A stretch of 64,000 bases of DNA from an uncultured bacterium (GCA_964448115.1 CAYUVA010000007.1:14689-78688), one strand, 5' to 3'; shown: positions 8,548-19,316, counted from the stretch's first letter. Notes: a model not told the origin generated them from the sequence alone. Program-made: numbers and translations.

Positions 8548-10734
8548 TTGAAAATGAAGGACAGGTTGAAAATCTGCATACTCTGGCATCACCACCAGCC
8601 ATATTACATCATAAAAGCGCATAAAAGAGCCGTGCTGCCCTGGGTTAGGATGCACTGCTATAAGGATTATGTGGATATGCCGATGATCGCCTCCAGGTAT
8701 CCTGCAATAAAGACCACCTTCAACCTGGTGCCATCGCTTATCAAGCAGATACTCGATTATCAAAGCCATGATGTGATGGATGACTTCGAGGAGCTTTCGT
8801 TTAAGAATCCAAGTCATCTTTCAGGTGAGGATAGAATATTCATCGCCAGGAATTTCTTCTCGGTGAACTACGACAACTGCATCGCTTCGCTTCCACGATA
8901 TAAAGAGCTGCATTCCAAGAAAGCCATGCTAGGTGATGCTCCCATACCGCCTGATCTTTTCAGCGATCAGGAGCTGATCGATTTGCAGGTTCTATTCAAT
9001 ATAGCCTGGTGTGGAAATCATCTTCGAGAAAATACCGCCCTGCAAGAGTTGATTAAAAAGGGGAGCAACTACCATGAACAGGATAAGAAAAGGCTTAGAG
9101 AAATACTTAAAAGCCACCTGGCATCGGTCATACCCACCTATAGAGAGCTGGCTGAACAGGGCATTATTTCACTTACGACATCCCCCTTCTATCACCCCAT
9201 TTTGCCATTGATTTATGATAACTACATGGCTAAGAGGTGCCAGCCTGACTTGCGGTTACCCAATACAAATTTCAGGCAACCAGAAGACGCAAGAAAGCAG
9301 GTGGCCGAGGCGATCGAGCTTCACAAGCGCACCTTTGGAGTCAGACCTAAAGGCTGCTGGACCCCCGAGGGGTCTGTATCCCCCGAGATTATCGAGCTGT
9401 TGGCAGAGAACGGTTTCGCCTGGTGTGCATCCGATGAGATGATATTGAAAAAAAGCCTTAAAATGTCGGGGTTGGAGCAAGATACTGGCTGGAAGTACCT
9501 CCCCTATCGATACAAGACCGCTCATGGCGAGGTGGTAATATTCTTTCGAGATCAGAAGCTTTCCGATCTCATCGGCTTTTCCTATGCTAAGATGGGTGCC
9601 AATGAAGCTGCCGGCGACTTTGTCAACCGGTTGCATGAGATCAGGGACACTCTCCCGGATGATGGAAAGCCTTATGTGGTAAGTGTTATACTTGATGGGG
9701 AGAACGCCTGGGAGTGGTTTCCGAAGAACGGGAAGGAGTTCTTGGAAAACCTTTATGAATCTCTTTCAGGCTCAGAAAACCTTCAAGTCATAAGCTTCGA
9801 TAACTACCTTGAGGGATTGTGTAAGTCGTTGCCGGTGCTACCCAAGCTGTACAGCGGCTCTTGGATCAAAGCCGATTTCTCCACCTGGATCGGACATGAG
9901 GAGAAGAACCGGGCATGGGATCTGCTTTATAAGGCTAGACAGGATATCCAGTCCCACATCGATCATTCGGCAAAAATAGATAAGCAAAAAATTGTTGAAG
10001 CGATGGGTTGTTTATACAGGGCTGAAGGAAGCGACTGGTTCTGGTGGTATGGAGATGATAACTTTACCAGCTTCGCTGCCGAGTTCGACTATATCTTTCG
10101 TCAACACCTGAAGGAAGCCTATCATGCTTTGGGATTGGCTCCCGATAGTCGGCTTGATGAGCCGATAAAAACCAACATAAACATCGTAAAAAACATTGTT
10201 CAGCCTACCGGAATAGTTACCGCACAGATAGATGGCATGGTAAGCGATTACTATGAGTGGCTTAATGCTGGCTTTTATGATCCCGCACCTAGCCTTGGCA
10301 CAATGAAGATGGGAGAAAAGATAATAGAGGGGATGTACTTCGGATGCGACAGGGAGTACTTATTTATAAGGCTTCAACCTGTGAACGGGAAGCAGAGTGT
10401 TATTGAGCAGATCGATCGCATAAGGCTGACCATGGCTGATACCAATAGGATAATTGTTATCCTCAAGCGTCAGGGAGTAATATATACTGTGGAATCAATT
10501 AGACTTAATAGCAGCCTGATCGAAGAAGACGAAAACGGTTTCATAGGCATGTCAGGAGAGATTGTTGAGCTTAGAGCACCGCTGATCTATATTAAGAGCC
10601 ATGACTTAAAATGCTTTTCCTTCAGCGTTGAGCTTTATTATAATAATGAGTTAATACAAAGAATTCCGCTATCAGGGAGCCTGGAAACCTTTTATCCTAC
10701 GGAGGAATTCCTGGCAGAGAACTGGATTGTATAA
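8548..10734 (+). CDS. Glycoside hydrolase family 57 protein (amylopullulanase / alpha-amylase-like).
   Basis: The N-terminus ILWHHHQPYY carries the GH57 HQP motif. The protein is about 700 aa with GH57 core features. The true start may be the ATG at 8554. Confidence 0.7.
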   Translation: MKMKDRLKICILWHHHQPYYIIKAHKRAVLPWVRMHCYKDYVDMPMIASRYPAIKTTFNLVPSLIKQILDYQSHDVMDDFEELSFKNPSHLSGEDRIFIARNFFSVNYDNCIASLPRYKELHSKKAMLGDAPIPPDLFSDQELIDLQVLFNIAWCGNHLRENTALQELIKKGSNYHEQDKKRLREILKSHLASVIPTYRELAEQGIISLTTSPFYHPILPLIYDNYMAKRCQPDLRLPNTNFRQPEDARKQVAEAIELHKRTFGVRPKGCWTPEGSVSPEIIELLAENGFAWCASDEMILKKSLKMSGLEQDTGWKYLPYRYKTAHGEVVIFFRDQKLSDLIGFSYAKMGANEAAGDFVNRLHEIRDTLPDDGKPYVVSVILDGENAWEWFPKNGKEFLENLYESLSGSENLQVISFDNYLEGLCKSLPVLPKLYSGSWIKADFSTWIGHEEKNRAWDLLYKARQDIQSHIDHSAKIDKQKIVEAMGCLYRAEGSDWFWWYGDDNFTSFAAEFDYIFRQHLKEAYHALGLAPDSRLDEPIKTNINIVKNIVQPTGIVTAQIDGMVSDYYEWLNAGFYDPAPSLGTMKMGEKIIEGMYFGCDREYLFIRLQPVNGKQSVIEQIDRIRLTMADTNRIIVILKRQGVIYTVESIRLNSSLIEEDENGFIGMSGEIVELRAPLIYIKSHDLKCFSFSVELYYNNELIQRIPLSGSLETFYPTEEFLAENWIV

Positions 10735-10753
10735 GATCTAAAAGGAAAGCTTT

Positions 10754-12895
10754 ATGAACAAGATAAATTTTATCTTCGGTATCCATTGCCATCAGCCGAT
10801 CGGCAACTTCGATTTCGTAATCGAGGATGCCTATCATAAAGCATATTTACCGTTTTTGGAGACTTTAGGTCGTTTTCCTGATATCAAGCTGGTGATGCAC
10901 TATAGCGGTTGCCTCCTGGAGTGGCTGGAAAAGAATCACCCTGAATATCTTGAGATATTGGCTAAGTTGGTGGAAGATAACCAGGTTGAGCTGCTTGGGG
11001 GTGCTTTTTATGAGCCGATAATACCGGTTATCCCTCCACAAGATGCGATTGGGCAGATAATAATGATGCGCAATTATCTGAAGGAACGGTTTGGAGTACA
11101 GCCAAATGGAATCTGGTTGCCTGAACGCGTCTGGGAACCACATCTGCCCGACATATTACATGAGGCTGGGATCGAATATCTTGTGGTTGATGATTTCCAT
11201 TTCAAGCTAGCTGGAAGACAGGACGAGGACCTGGTTGGCTATTTTACCACCGAGCATATTGGAAAGAAGGTTAATGTATTTCCTATATCTGAGAGGCTGA
11301 GATATCTCATACCGTTTAGGTCGGTGCAGGAAACCATCGATCACCTGAGCCGGTTCGCTAACGAAAGCGGAAGTAATCTCCAGGTCATGACCGATGATGG
11401 GGAGAAGTTCGGCATCTGGCCGGGCACTTATAATCTTTGCTATTCCCAGGGGTGGGTGAGTAAATTCTTCCAGGCGCTGGTCGAACAAAACTCCTGGCTG
11501 GAACTGACCACCTTTTCAGAGTATGTAAAAAAATCTAAGCCTCTAGGCAGGATCTATCTTCCTGGTGCATCTTACTTCGAGATGAGCGAATGGGCATTGG
11601 ATAGCGGCATGAGCGAGGCATTCAAGAGCCTGATCGATGAGCTGAATAAACAGGAAAAGCTTGAGTTGTACAAGCCGTTTCTGCAAGGTGGTATATGGCG
11701 AAATTACCTATCCAAGTATCCCGAGTCGAACCAGATGCACAAAAAGATGATCTGGGTTCAAAAAAAGGTGATGGCAGCGCTCGGCGATGATATCGAGTAT
11801 AGCAATAAAAACGAGATGCTCGCTGAGTTTTATCGCGGGCAGTGCAATTGCGCATATTGGCATGGTGTGTTCGGTGGTCTTTACCTGCCGCATCTAAGGC
11901 GCGCTATCTACCAGAAACTAATAAATGCTGAGGTACTTGCGAATAAAGCCCTTGGAGCATTTGATGATAAACCAAAGATCGATGTGGAAGACTTCGATGG
12001 CGACGGCACCAAGGAGATAATCTATAGCAGCCCTAAATTTAACCTGGTGATATCTCCCGCTTATGGCGGCGCTATCGTGGAATGGGATATAAATGACAAG
12101 GGGTTGAACCTGATCAACACACTTTCCAGACGACATGAGGCATATCACAGGGAGATGCTAAAAAGCTCCAAGGAGGATATAAAAGAATATGAGACCCCGA
12201 GCATCCATGACCTCAACAAAAAAGGGCAACACCTTGCGCAATACCTTGACTATGATTGGCATAGAAGGGTCAGCTTTATCACTCACTTTTTAAGCCCTAG
12301 CACAAACCTTGATGACTATAGAAGGTGCAAGTTTTATGACCTAGGAGATTTCACCCTGGAACCGTTTGATTACACCTACGAAATAGATGGAGGTGTTACC
12401 AGAATAACCATGCATAGAAGAGGATCGCTTGCTAGCCTGGGGGGGAGGATACCCTTTGAGGTTCAAAAGACTATGATGATCGATTCTGAATCCAATGAGA
12501 TGGTTCTGGAGACAAAGGTAACCAATAGCTCGCAGCATAACCTTCTTATCTGGTTTGGAAACGAGTGGAACTTCGCGCTTTCAGGTAGTAAAAAACATGC
12601 ATTTCTTCGATTCGGAGATCCGCCAGGCAAGAAAAGAAGCATCCACGAGGCAGGACAAGTACATCATACCCAGCTAGCCGAGCTGGTTGATGAGCTTTTT
12701 AACCTTTCCATTGAGATCTCATTCGACCAGTGCTCAACTATATGGTTTTTCCCCGTGCAGACCATCTCGCAGTCGGAGAGCGGTTTTGACAAGACATATC
12801 AAGGGACAACCATTTTTGCCAGCGCAAAAAACAATATCGCAAAGGGAGAAAGCTCAATATGTAGAACCATGATAAAGATCACCGACTTTTTATGA
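10754..12895 (+). CDS. Glycoside hydrolase family 57 protein (4-alpha-glucanotransferase / amylopullulanase-like paralog).
   Basis: FGIHCHQPIGNF... is a GH57 N-terminal signature, and the protein is paralogous to the adjacent GH57 genes. Confidence 0.7.
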   Translation: MNKINFIFGIHCHQPIGNFDFVIEDAYHKAYLPFLETLGRFPDIKLVMHYSGCLLEWLEKNHPEYLEILAKLVEDNQVELLGGAFYEPIIPVIPPQDAIGQIIMMRNYLKERFGVQPNGIWLPERVWEPHLPDILHEAGIEYLVVDDFHFKLAGRQDEDLVGYFTTEHIGKKVNVFPISERLRYLIPFRSVQETIDHLSRFANESGSNLQVMTDDGEKFGIWPGTYNLCYSQGWVSKFFQALVEQNSWLELTTFSEYVKKSKPLGRIYLPGASYFEMSEWALDSGMSEAFKSLIDELNKQEKLELYKPFLQGGIWRNYLSKYPESNQMHKKMIWVQKKVMAALGDDIEYSNKNEMLAEFYRGQCNCAYWHGVFGGLYLPHLRRAIYQKLINAEVLANKALGAFDDKPKIDVEDFDGDGTKEIIYSSPKFNLVISPAYGGAIVEWDINDKGLNLINTLSRRHEAYHREMLKSSKEDIKEYETPSIHDLNKKGQHLAQYLDYDWHRRVSFITHFLSPSTNLDDYRRCKFYDLGDFTLEPFDYTYEIDGGVTRITMHRRGSLASLGGRIPFEVQKTMMIDSESNEMVLETKVTNSSQHNLLIWFGNEWNFALSGSKKHAFLRFGDPPGKKRSIHEAGQVHHTQLAELVDELFNLSIEISFDQCSTIWFFPVQTISQSESGFDKTYQGTTIFASAKNNIAKGESSICRTMIKITDFL

Positions 12896-12979
12896 GCTTG
12901 AATCTCATGATAGGTATATCGGCTAATGGATTTTTCACAGGGCAACAAACATAGCCCTTAATAGCAAGGAAGAGAGGCC

Positions 12980-14062
12980 ATGGATATAAATAAAGATAAT
13001 AAAAAGCTAATCGAGCCGGTATCGGAGCTAAGACATGATCCGATACAGAGAAGATGGGTTATCGTGGCTACTGCACGAGGTGGAAGACCTCACGATTTCT
13101 CTGTAATTGATGATAGATCCCAAGAAGGCAAGTTCTGTCCATTTTGTCCTGGGAATGAGCACAAAACTCCAAAGGAGATCCTGGCTTATAGAGACCCCAA
13201 CACTGAGCCTAATACTCCGGGGTGGGAACTGAGGGTAATACCGAACAAGTTTCCTGCGCTTGCAATCGAGGGAGAGCTTAATCGCCAGGGATTCGGGTTA
13301 TATGACAAGATGCGCGGGCTGGGTGCTCACGAGGTGGTGGTGGAGACCCCTAATCACGACCAGCATATGGCTGATATGCCCCTGGAGCACCTAGTGAAGG
13401 TAATATATGCCTACCGAGAGAGGCTTGAGGACCTGATGAAGGACACACGCTTTAGATATGTCCTTATCTTCAAGAATTGGGGATTGACTGCTGGAGCTTC
13501 GCTATCGCACCCGCACACGCAGATAATCGCCACTCCCATAACTCCCAGAACGGTCGCAATTGAGCTACAGTCAGCCCAGGATCACTTCCGGGTAAAGGAA
13601 CGCTGTCTTTTTTGTGATATGATAGCCCAAGAGGTCGCATCCAATGAGAGGATAATTCAAAGTAATAATCGTTTCTTAGCAATAGCGCCTTATGCCTCGA
13701 GATTCCCCTTCGAGTCATTTATTATACCGAAAAGGCACTCATATTCGTTTACTGAGATCGACGATGATGGTATCTGGGATCTGGCACGAATGCTAAAGGA
13801 TATACTAGGTAGATTGAAGATATATCTCAAGGATCCCCCATTCAACTGGCTGCTGCATACCTCGCCCAATATCAATATGACACCGAAAAGACCGGGTTAC
13901 TGGCAGACCATCCAGTTCGATTACCACTGGCATATCGAGGTAATACCACGACTGACCAAGATGGCTGGATTCGAGTGGGGAACCGGGTTCTATATAAATC
14001 CAACTCCCCCTGAGACCGCGGCTGAAGAGCTAAGAGCCGTTGATTTAACAAAGGATAGATAA
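12980..14062 (+). CDS. GalT-like hexose-1-phosphate nucleotidyltransferase (HIT superfamily, galactose-1-phosphate uridylyltransferase family), possibly an ADP-glucose phosphorylase.
   Basis: A zinc knuckle CPFCPGNEH and the HIT motif HPHTQI are present. Its stop overlaps the start of the downstream GH57 branching enzyme (TAATGG). Confidence 0.75.
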   Translation: MDINKDNKKLIEPVSELRHDPIQRRWVIVATARGGRPHDFSVIDDRSQEGKFCPFCPGNEHKTPKEILAYRDPNTEPNTPGWELRVIPNKFPALAIEGELNRQGFGLYDKMRGLGAHEVVVETPNHDQHMADMPLEHLVKVIYAYRERLEDLMKDTRFRYVLIFKNWGLTAGASLSHPHTQIIATPITPRTVAIELQSAQDHFRVKERCLFCDMIAQEVASNERIIQSNNRFLAIAPYASRFPFESFIIPKRHSYSFTEIDDDGIWDLARMLKDILGRLKIYLKDPPFNWLLHTSPNINMTPKRPGYWQTIQFDYHWHIEVIPRLTKMAGFEWGTGFYINPTPPETAAEELRAVDLTKDR

Positions 14063-15783
14063 TGGATGGACAACAAATCAAGGGATATTTTGCCCTGGTG
14101 CTGCATAGCCACTTGCCTTATGTTCTTGGACACGGCAACTGGCCCCACGGGACCGACTGGCTTTTTGAGGCTGCCGCAGAGACCTATGTACCCTTAATAG
14201 AGATACTTGATGAGCTTATAAAAGAAGGCTTATCGCCAAAGATAACCATCGGCATTACGCCTATACTCGCCGAACAGCTCGCTGATGAGCGATTTGCAGC
14301 CGGCTTTGATAATTATCTTGATATAAAGCTAAGCGCAGCAAAAGATAATTATACCGAGTTTAAAAGGCTAGGCGAACCTAACCTGCAACGAGTAGCCGAA
14401 TACTGGAATCAGAAATATACAAGGGTCAAGGAGCTATTTGTTTCCCGCTGCCAGAGGAGCATAACCAGTGTCTTTGCTGAGCTGCAAAAACAAGGACATA
14501 TCGAGATCATCACCTGCGCAGCCACCCATGGATACCTTCCCTTGCTCGGATATGACCGATGTATCAATGCCCAGGTGGCGCAGGGAGTGAAGACATACCA
14601 ACGTATCTTCGGTCAGAAGCCTAAAGGGATCTGGCTTCCCGAATGCGCATATCGACCAGGTTATTTGTGGTCGCCACCACTGAAGGTAAAGGGTCTTGAA
14701 CGGACTAAAAGACAGGGCATAGAGAAGATACTAGCAAAAAATGATATTGAATATTTTATCATTGACTCGCATCTGCTGACTGGCGGGGAGGCGATTGGCG
14801 TTTATCTCTCACGCTTCAAGGCACTTAAGAGACTTTGGGAGCAGGCAAAAAAAGGCTATCGACCACGAAAAGAGAAGACCGAACTAGCGCCATACAATAT
14901 CTATCAACTCGCCTCGGAGGATGATCTGCCCCCAGTAACTGTTTTTGCCAGAGACCCCAAGACCGGCTTGCAGGTATGGAGCGGAGAATGGGGTTATCCT
15001 GGGAACGGAGCATATCTCGACTTCCACAAGAAACACTTTCCTGGTGGTCTGCGATACTGGAGAGTAACCGGCGCCAATTTAGACCTGGCGCAGAAGGAGC
15101 AATATAACCCTGATTGGATACCCGATACAGTTGATGAACAATCCCGGCACTTCGTTGATTTAATATGCAATACAATTGATGAAAGGGCGACTAAATCTGA
15201 TGATCCACCGATAATCACAGCACCTTTTGACACTGAGCTATTCGGACACTGGTGGCACGAGGGAATTCTGTGGCTGAAGCAGGTGATAAAAAGGCTCTCT
15301 AGCAACCCTAATGTACATCCGATTACCTGTTCTGAATATAAACAAAAGTTTCCACCGGAGACGGTGATAACGCTCCCGGAAGGCTCCTGGGGAGAGGGAG
15401 GATTCCACTACATCTGGCTCAATGAGGACACCCTTTGGACTTGGGAGAGGATTTACACCATAGAGCGTGATCTTCTCGATATGCTCGACAAATGCCCTCA
15501 GCATAAGAGTCATGATATGGTTTCAATATTGAAGCAGGCGGCGCGAGAGCTGATGTTGCTCGAATCTTCTGACTGGCAGTTCCTTATCAGCACCTACAGC
15601 GCAAGAGATTACGCCGAACTGCGTCTTGCCAGGCACTATGAGAATTGTTCCAGGATGCTAAGGATGGCTGAGAAATTATTGGATGGTTATGCCTTGAGTC
15701 AACAAGAGATTGAGTTCGTGGAAACTCAGGCATCGATAAAAAACATTTTTCCAGACATTGAGCTTGATTTCTACAAGCCTTGA
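14062..15783 (+). CDS. GH57-family 1,4-alpha-glucan branching enzyme.
   Basis: ALVLHSHLPYV...GNWPHGTDWLFEAAAETYVPLI matches the N-terminus of Thermus/Thermococcus-type GH57 branching enzymes. Confidence 0.75.
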   Translation: MDGQQIKGYFALVLHSHLPYVLGHGNWPHGTDWLFEAAAETYVPLIEILDELIKEGLSPKITIGITPILAEQLADERFAAGFDNYLDIKLSAAKDNYTEFKRLGEPNLQRVAEYWNQKYTRVKELFVSRCQRSITSVFAELQKQGHIEIITCAATHGYLPLLGYDRCINAQVAQGVKTYQRIFGQKPKGIWLPECAYRPGYLWSPPLKVKGLERTKRQGIEKILAKNDIEYFIIDSHLLTGGEAIGVYLSRFKALKRLWEQAKKGYRPRKEKTELAPYNIYQLASEDDLPPVTVFARDPKTGLQVWSGEWGYPGNGAYLDFHKKHFPGGLRYWRVTGANLDLAQKEQYNPDWIPDTVDEQSRHFVDLICNTIDERATKSDDPPIITAPFDTELFGHWWHEGILWLKQVIKRLSSNPNVHPITCSEYKQKFPPETVITLPEGSWGEGGFHYIWLNEDTLWTWERIYTIERDLLDMLDKCPQHKSHDMVSILKQAARELMLLESSDWQFLISTYSARDYAELRLARHYENCSRMLRMAEKLLDGYALSQQEIEFVETQASIKNIFPDIELDFYKP

Positions 15784-15809
15784 ATAATGACATTGAGGGA
15801 TCTTTTACA

Positions 15810-17057
15810 ATGAAGCAACTTGATGAACAACTCGAGGTAATCAAAAGGGGGGCTGTTGACATAATAAGCGAAGCCGAGCTTGTTGAAAGGCTCAAGGAAA
15901 GCATTCGTTCAAATAAACCGCTGCGTGTCAAGTTCGGCGCTGATCCAACAGCGCCGGATTTGCATCTAGGACATACGGTGGTCCTGCGAAAGATGAGGCA
16001 ATTCCAGGATCTCGGACACCGGGTAGTCTTTATAATCGGTGATTTTACTGGCTTGGTCGGCGACCCTTCGGGCAGAAATGAAGCCAGGAAAGCGATGAAC
16101 AAGGACGAGATAGAGACCAATGCGCAAACCTACCAGCAGCAATTCTCCAAGATACTCGATCCTGAAAAGACAACCGTGGTATTTAATAGCAGTTGGTTTG
16201 ATAAGATGGATTTTCGCGATGTCCTTGAGCTTGCCTCCAAGTACACGGTGGCAAGGCTGCTGGAAAGGGATGACTTTGCTAAACGCTTTCAGAAGGGTAT
16301 TGGGATCTCAGTCTTGGAGTTCCTTTACCCTCTGATACAGGGATATGACTCGGTGGCTGTTAAGGCGGATATAGAACTCGGCGGTACGGATCAGCTTTTC
16401 AACCTGTTAGTCGGCAGGGAGCTCCAAAGAGAGTATGGACAGAAATCACAGATTGTGCTTACTATGCCGCTGCTTGAAGGGACTGATGGTGCCCAGAAGA
16501 TGAGCAAGTCATTGGGCAACTACATCGGAATCAACGAACCACCCTTGGAGATATACGGAAAGATCATGTCCATCAACGACACCCTGATGTTTAAGTACTA
16601 TACATTGCTTACCGATGTCCCCATTGAGCAGATAAACCAAATGCAAACAGAGATCGCGCAGGGAAAAGCACACCCAAAAAAAATCAAGGAGAAACTGGCA
16701 CTCATAATTACCAGCATGTATCACGGGGAAAAAGAGGCTGCTAGGGCAAAAAAAGCATTCGATATCAGGCATGGAAGTACCGATTTTGATACAAAAATAC
16801 ATGCACTGGAAATACCCGAGTATAAGCTAGATCGTAATCAGCTTGACGGCGATGAGATATGGATATGCAAGCTGCTTAATCTGAGTGGCTTGGCGCCTAG
16901 CAACTCTCAAGCCAGGCGACTGATCCAGGGCGGAGGTGTTCGCCTTGACGGCGAGAAGATTACCGACTTCGAGCTTAGGCTGAAGCCAAGGGACGGCATG
17001 GTGCTTCAGGTTGGCTCCAGAAGAATGGTACGGATAAGGGATGACAGGGGGGAATGA
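15810..17057 (+). CDS. tyrS: Tyrosyl-tRNA synthetase with a C-terminal S4 domain.
   Basis: HLGH (HIGH-class) and KMSKS motifs are present, with an S4-like C-terminus. The ORF-table start at 15780 probably over-extends. The ATG at 15810 (MKQLDEQL) has a GAGGGA Shine-Dalgarno upstream and overlaps the branching-enzyme stop. Confidence 0.85.
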   Translation: MKQLDEQLEVIKRGAVDIISEAELVERLKESIRSNKPLRVKFGADPTAPDLHLGHTVVLRKMRQFQDLGHRVVFIIGDFTGLVGDPSGRNEARKAMNKDEIETNAQTYQQQFSKILDPEKTTVVFNSSWFDKMDFRDVLELASKYTVARLLERDDFAKRFQKGIGISVLEFLYPLIQGYDSVAVKADIELGGTDQLFNLLVGRELQREYGQKSQIVLTMPLLEGTDGAQKMSKSLGNYIGINEPPLEIYGKIMSINDTLMFKYYTLLTDVPIEQINQMQTEIAQGKAHPKKIKEKLALIITSMYHGEKEAARAKKAFDIRHGSTDFDTKIHALEIPEYKLDRNQLDGDEIWICKLLNLSGLAPSNSQARRLIQGGGVRLDGEKITDFELRLKPRDGMVLQVGSRRMVRIRDDRGE

Positions 17058-17156
17058 TTAGGCTGTCTGTATTTTTTACACATCCTAGAACCTTTTATCC
17101 CCTTGACACTATACTTGGCTTGTGCTAGCAGTATGATGTTTGAAGGAGTAAGCTAA

Positions 17157-17645
17157 ATGCTATTGTTTTTGCTTCAGTTCATACATATTGTTGCCTGCAT
17201 CCTTCTGGTCGTAGTAGTGCTCTTGCAGTCATCGAAAGGCTCTGAGCTCTCTGGTGCCTTCGGTGGTGGCGGGCAGGCTGCCATCTTCGGACCAACTGGT
17301 GCGCAGAGTTTCCTGGCAAAACTGACCCAGGTCTGCGCGGTTACCTTCATGGTTACCTCTTTGGCGCTTGGATATATATATCTAAAAAAGAGCAAGGGTG
17401 TCAGCGTTGACCTTAGCGATGTTCCCATACAGCAACAACAAACATTGCCTGGTCAGCTTCCCATGCAGCAGGATCAAGGTTTCCCCCAACAACAGGGCAT
17501 CCCTTCACAAGGTGAGCAACAACCTATGCAGGGTGATTTAGAGGCGCCAATTCAGGGGGGTGCAGAGCAGCCTTTACCTATCAATAGCGCTGGTGAGGTA
17601 GGAGCATCCCAAGAGGGGACTGGACAACAACATAATAACGATTGA
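17157..17645 (+). CDS. secG: Preprotein translocase subunit SecG with a Gln/Pro-rich C-terminal extension.
   Basis: LLQSSKGSELSGAFGGGG...FGPTGA is the SecG signature. A low-complexity QQ/PQ tail follows. Confidence 0.8.
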   Translation: MLLFLLQFIHIVACILLVVVVLLQSSKGSELSGAFGGGGQAAIFGPTGAQSFLAKLTQVCAVTFMVTSLALGYIYLKKSKGVSVDLSDVPIQQQQTLPGQLPMQQDQGFPQQQGIPSQGEQQPMQGDLEAPIQGGAEQPLPINSAGEVGASQEGTGQQHNND

Positions 17646-17717
17646 TGAGGGATACCCTTAGTTGGCAGGAAGCATGACTGGACTTAATAACTTTTGGGTA
17701 TTAAACTATAGATGTTA

Positions 17718-17801
17718 GCCGAAGTGGTGGAACTGGCAGACACGCTATCTTGAGGGGGTAGTGAGTGCAAGCTCGTGGGGGTTCAAGTCCCCCCTTCGGC
17801 A
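17718..17801 (+). tRNA. tRNA-Leu (anticodon GAG), class II with a long variable arm. Coordinates are approximate.
   Basis: Acceptor GCCGAAG/CTTCGGC, anticodon stem CTATC/GGTAG with loop TTGAGGG giving GAG, a long variable arm, and T-arm GGGGG-TTCAAGT-CCCCC. A tRNA-Leu directly after secG is a conserved arrangement. Confidence 0.7.
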
Positions 17802-18086
17802 TTATATTGGGACACTATTGGACAATGGATGCTAGAACCGGGGAATAGCATGGATATTATGTATTTTTTAGAGAAAATGGTTCGTCGTCGTGAAAAACGC
17901 GGAAGCTGTAGAATTAGTATCATATCGGTTACCGAGAAAGGCAATGCAGGATTTTAAGATGGACGGTGGGGTGGAGAGGATATTTTTTGGGTACATGGAA
18001 ATTCTTATCCAAGATACTATCAACTCAGGAATTAAGACGATATTCAGAGCATAAATAGGGGTTTTTTAACTGATTGCTACTTAAGG

Positions 18087-18101
18087 TATAATTGCTGTGG
18101 T
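18087..18101 (+). promoter_or_regulatory. A -10 TATAAT element 9 nt upstream of the ATG of the first CPA2 gene, implying a leaderless or near-leaderless mRNA.
   Basis: TATAAT-tgctgtggt-ATG. There is no Shine-Dalgarno and the -35 is weak (TTTTAA). Confidence 0.3.
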
Positions 18102-19316
18102 ATGCAATCGGTATTGATAACCTTATTTATTCTGTTGGTAGCTTTTATTGGTACTGAGTTGATCTTTGGCAAGCTACTTGGTGCCTCAAGGATGCTTCGC
18201 ATTACCGGCACTAATGTTATTTTTATTTGTCTTGGAATCCTGATTGGTCCGGCTGGTATCGATTTCATCAATGAGCAGGTGGTTGCCCAACTTAAGCCAT
18301 TTATCTTCTTCGGGTTGGGATGGATCGGCTTTCTTTATGGCATACAATTCGAGCGCCGGCAGATGTTAAGGTTTGATACACATAGATATATCTTCATCTA
18401 TGGTCAAGCATTGATTACAGTCTTAATTGTCGGAGTCGGAATTATACTTATTAGTAAAATGGTCTTCGCCAGCTATACTGGAATAATCGATCTATTATTT
18501 TTCTCAGCTATTTTAGCCTTGACCGCTGCCGGAGCTTCTCCATCAACTATCTTCCTACTCACCAGGGAGCTTAAAATAAGGTCTCGACAGAATAACATCA
18601 TTCAAATGACAGCCAGTCTAGATGATCTCCCGTCGGTTGTGGGCATAGGGATACTTTTGGCTCTGGGGCATAGCTACCTGTTCGGAGATTCGATAATCAC
18701 AAAGGGTAGCTTGTGGATATTAGTCTCCATCATTATCGGAGTAGCCCTTGGATTATTGCTGAAGATCCTAGCTGGTTTATGGAAGGAAGAGGAAATCTAT
18801 ACTCTGTTGACTATTGGTCTTGTTGCGCTATCCAGCGGATTGGCTATGAAGCTGCATCTATCAGCCGTGTTTATAAATTTCGTGCTCGGAGCTACCTTTG
18901 CCAATATTTCTGACAATATCGATATATTTTTTCGTGGCTTGATCAAGCGTGAACATACCATATACATCCTGTTTCTGATTCTGATAGGAGCGTTGTGGCA
19001 TTTGCACTACGGAAATCTGGCTATAATGCTCCCTGCTTATATAATACTGAGAATTCTTGGTAAGGTTGCTGGGAGCTATCTACTTGTCAAAACTGTGATT
19101 CCATACCGAGAGGAAGAGCCGATAAGCCCATGGTTAGGGCTATCATTGCTGTCCCAAGGGGGAGTGGCACTGGCGCTTATTGTTGATTATTTCCTTGTAT
19201 TCCCCAGTGCCCTGACCGATTGTGCGATGACACTGGTCATACTTTCGGTAATCATTAGCGAGATTATTTCTTTACCAGCTTACCTCTCCATGAGCAAGAG
19301 GTTCATAAAATCATGA
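18102..19316 (+). CDS. Monovalent cation:proton antiporter-2 (CPA2, Kef/NapA-type) family transporter.
   Basis: A polytopic membrane protein with LGILIGPAGI and ...AAGASPSTIFLLTRELK motifs characteristic of CPA2 transporters. Confidence 0.65.
   Translation: MQSVLITLFILLVAFIGTELIFGKLLGASRMLRITGTNVIFICLGILIGPAGIDFINEQVVAQLKPFIFFGLGWIGFLYGIQFERRQMLRFDTHRYIFIYGQALITVLIVGVGIILISKMVFASYTGIIDLLFFSAILALTAAGASPSTIFLLTRELKIRSRQNNIIQMTASLDDLPSVVGIGILLALGHSYLFGDSIITKGSLWILVSIIIGVALGLLLKILAGLWKEEEIYTLLTIGLVALSSGLAMKLHLSAVFINFVLGATFANISDNIDIFFRGLIKREHTIYILFLILIGALWHLHYGNLAIMLPAYIILRILGKVAGSYLLVKTVIPYREEEPISPWLGLSLLSQGGVALALIVDYFLVFPSALTDCAMTLVILSVIISEIISLPAYLSMSKRFIKS

Noticed and set aside
17058-17156. 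A possible promoter between tyrS and secG (TTGACA...TATGAT).
   Set aside because: The spacing between the candidate -35 and -10 is 23 nt, too long for sigma70. It is left uncalled.
17775-17957. A 60-aa ORF downstream of secG.
   Set aside because: It overlaps the tRNA-Leu gene and has no Shine-Dalgarno or conserved features.
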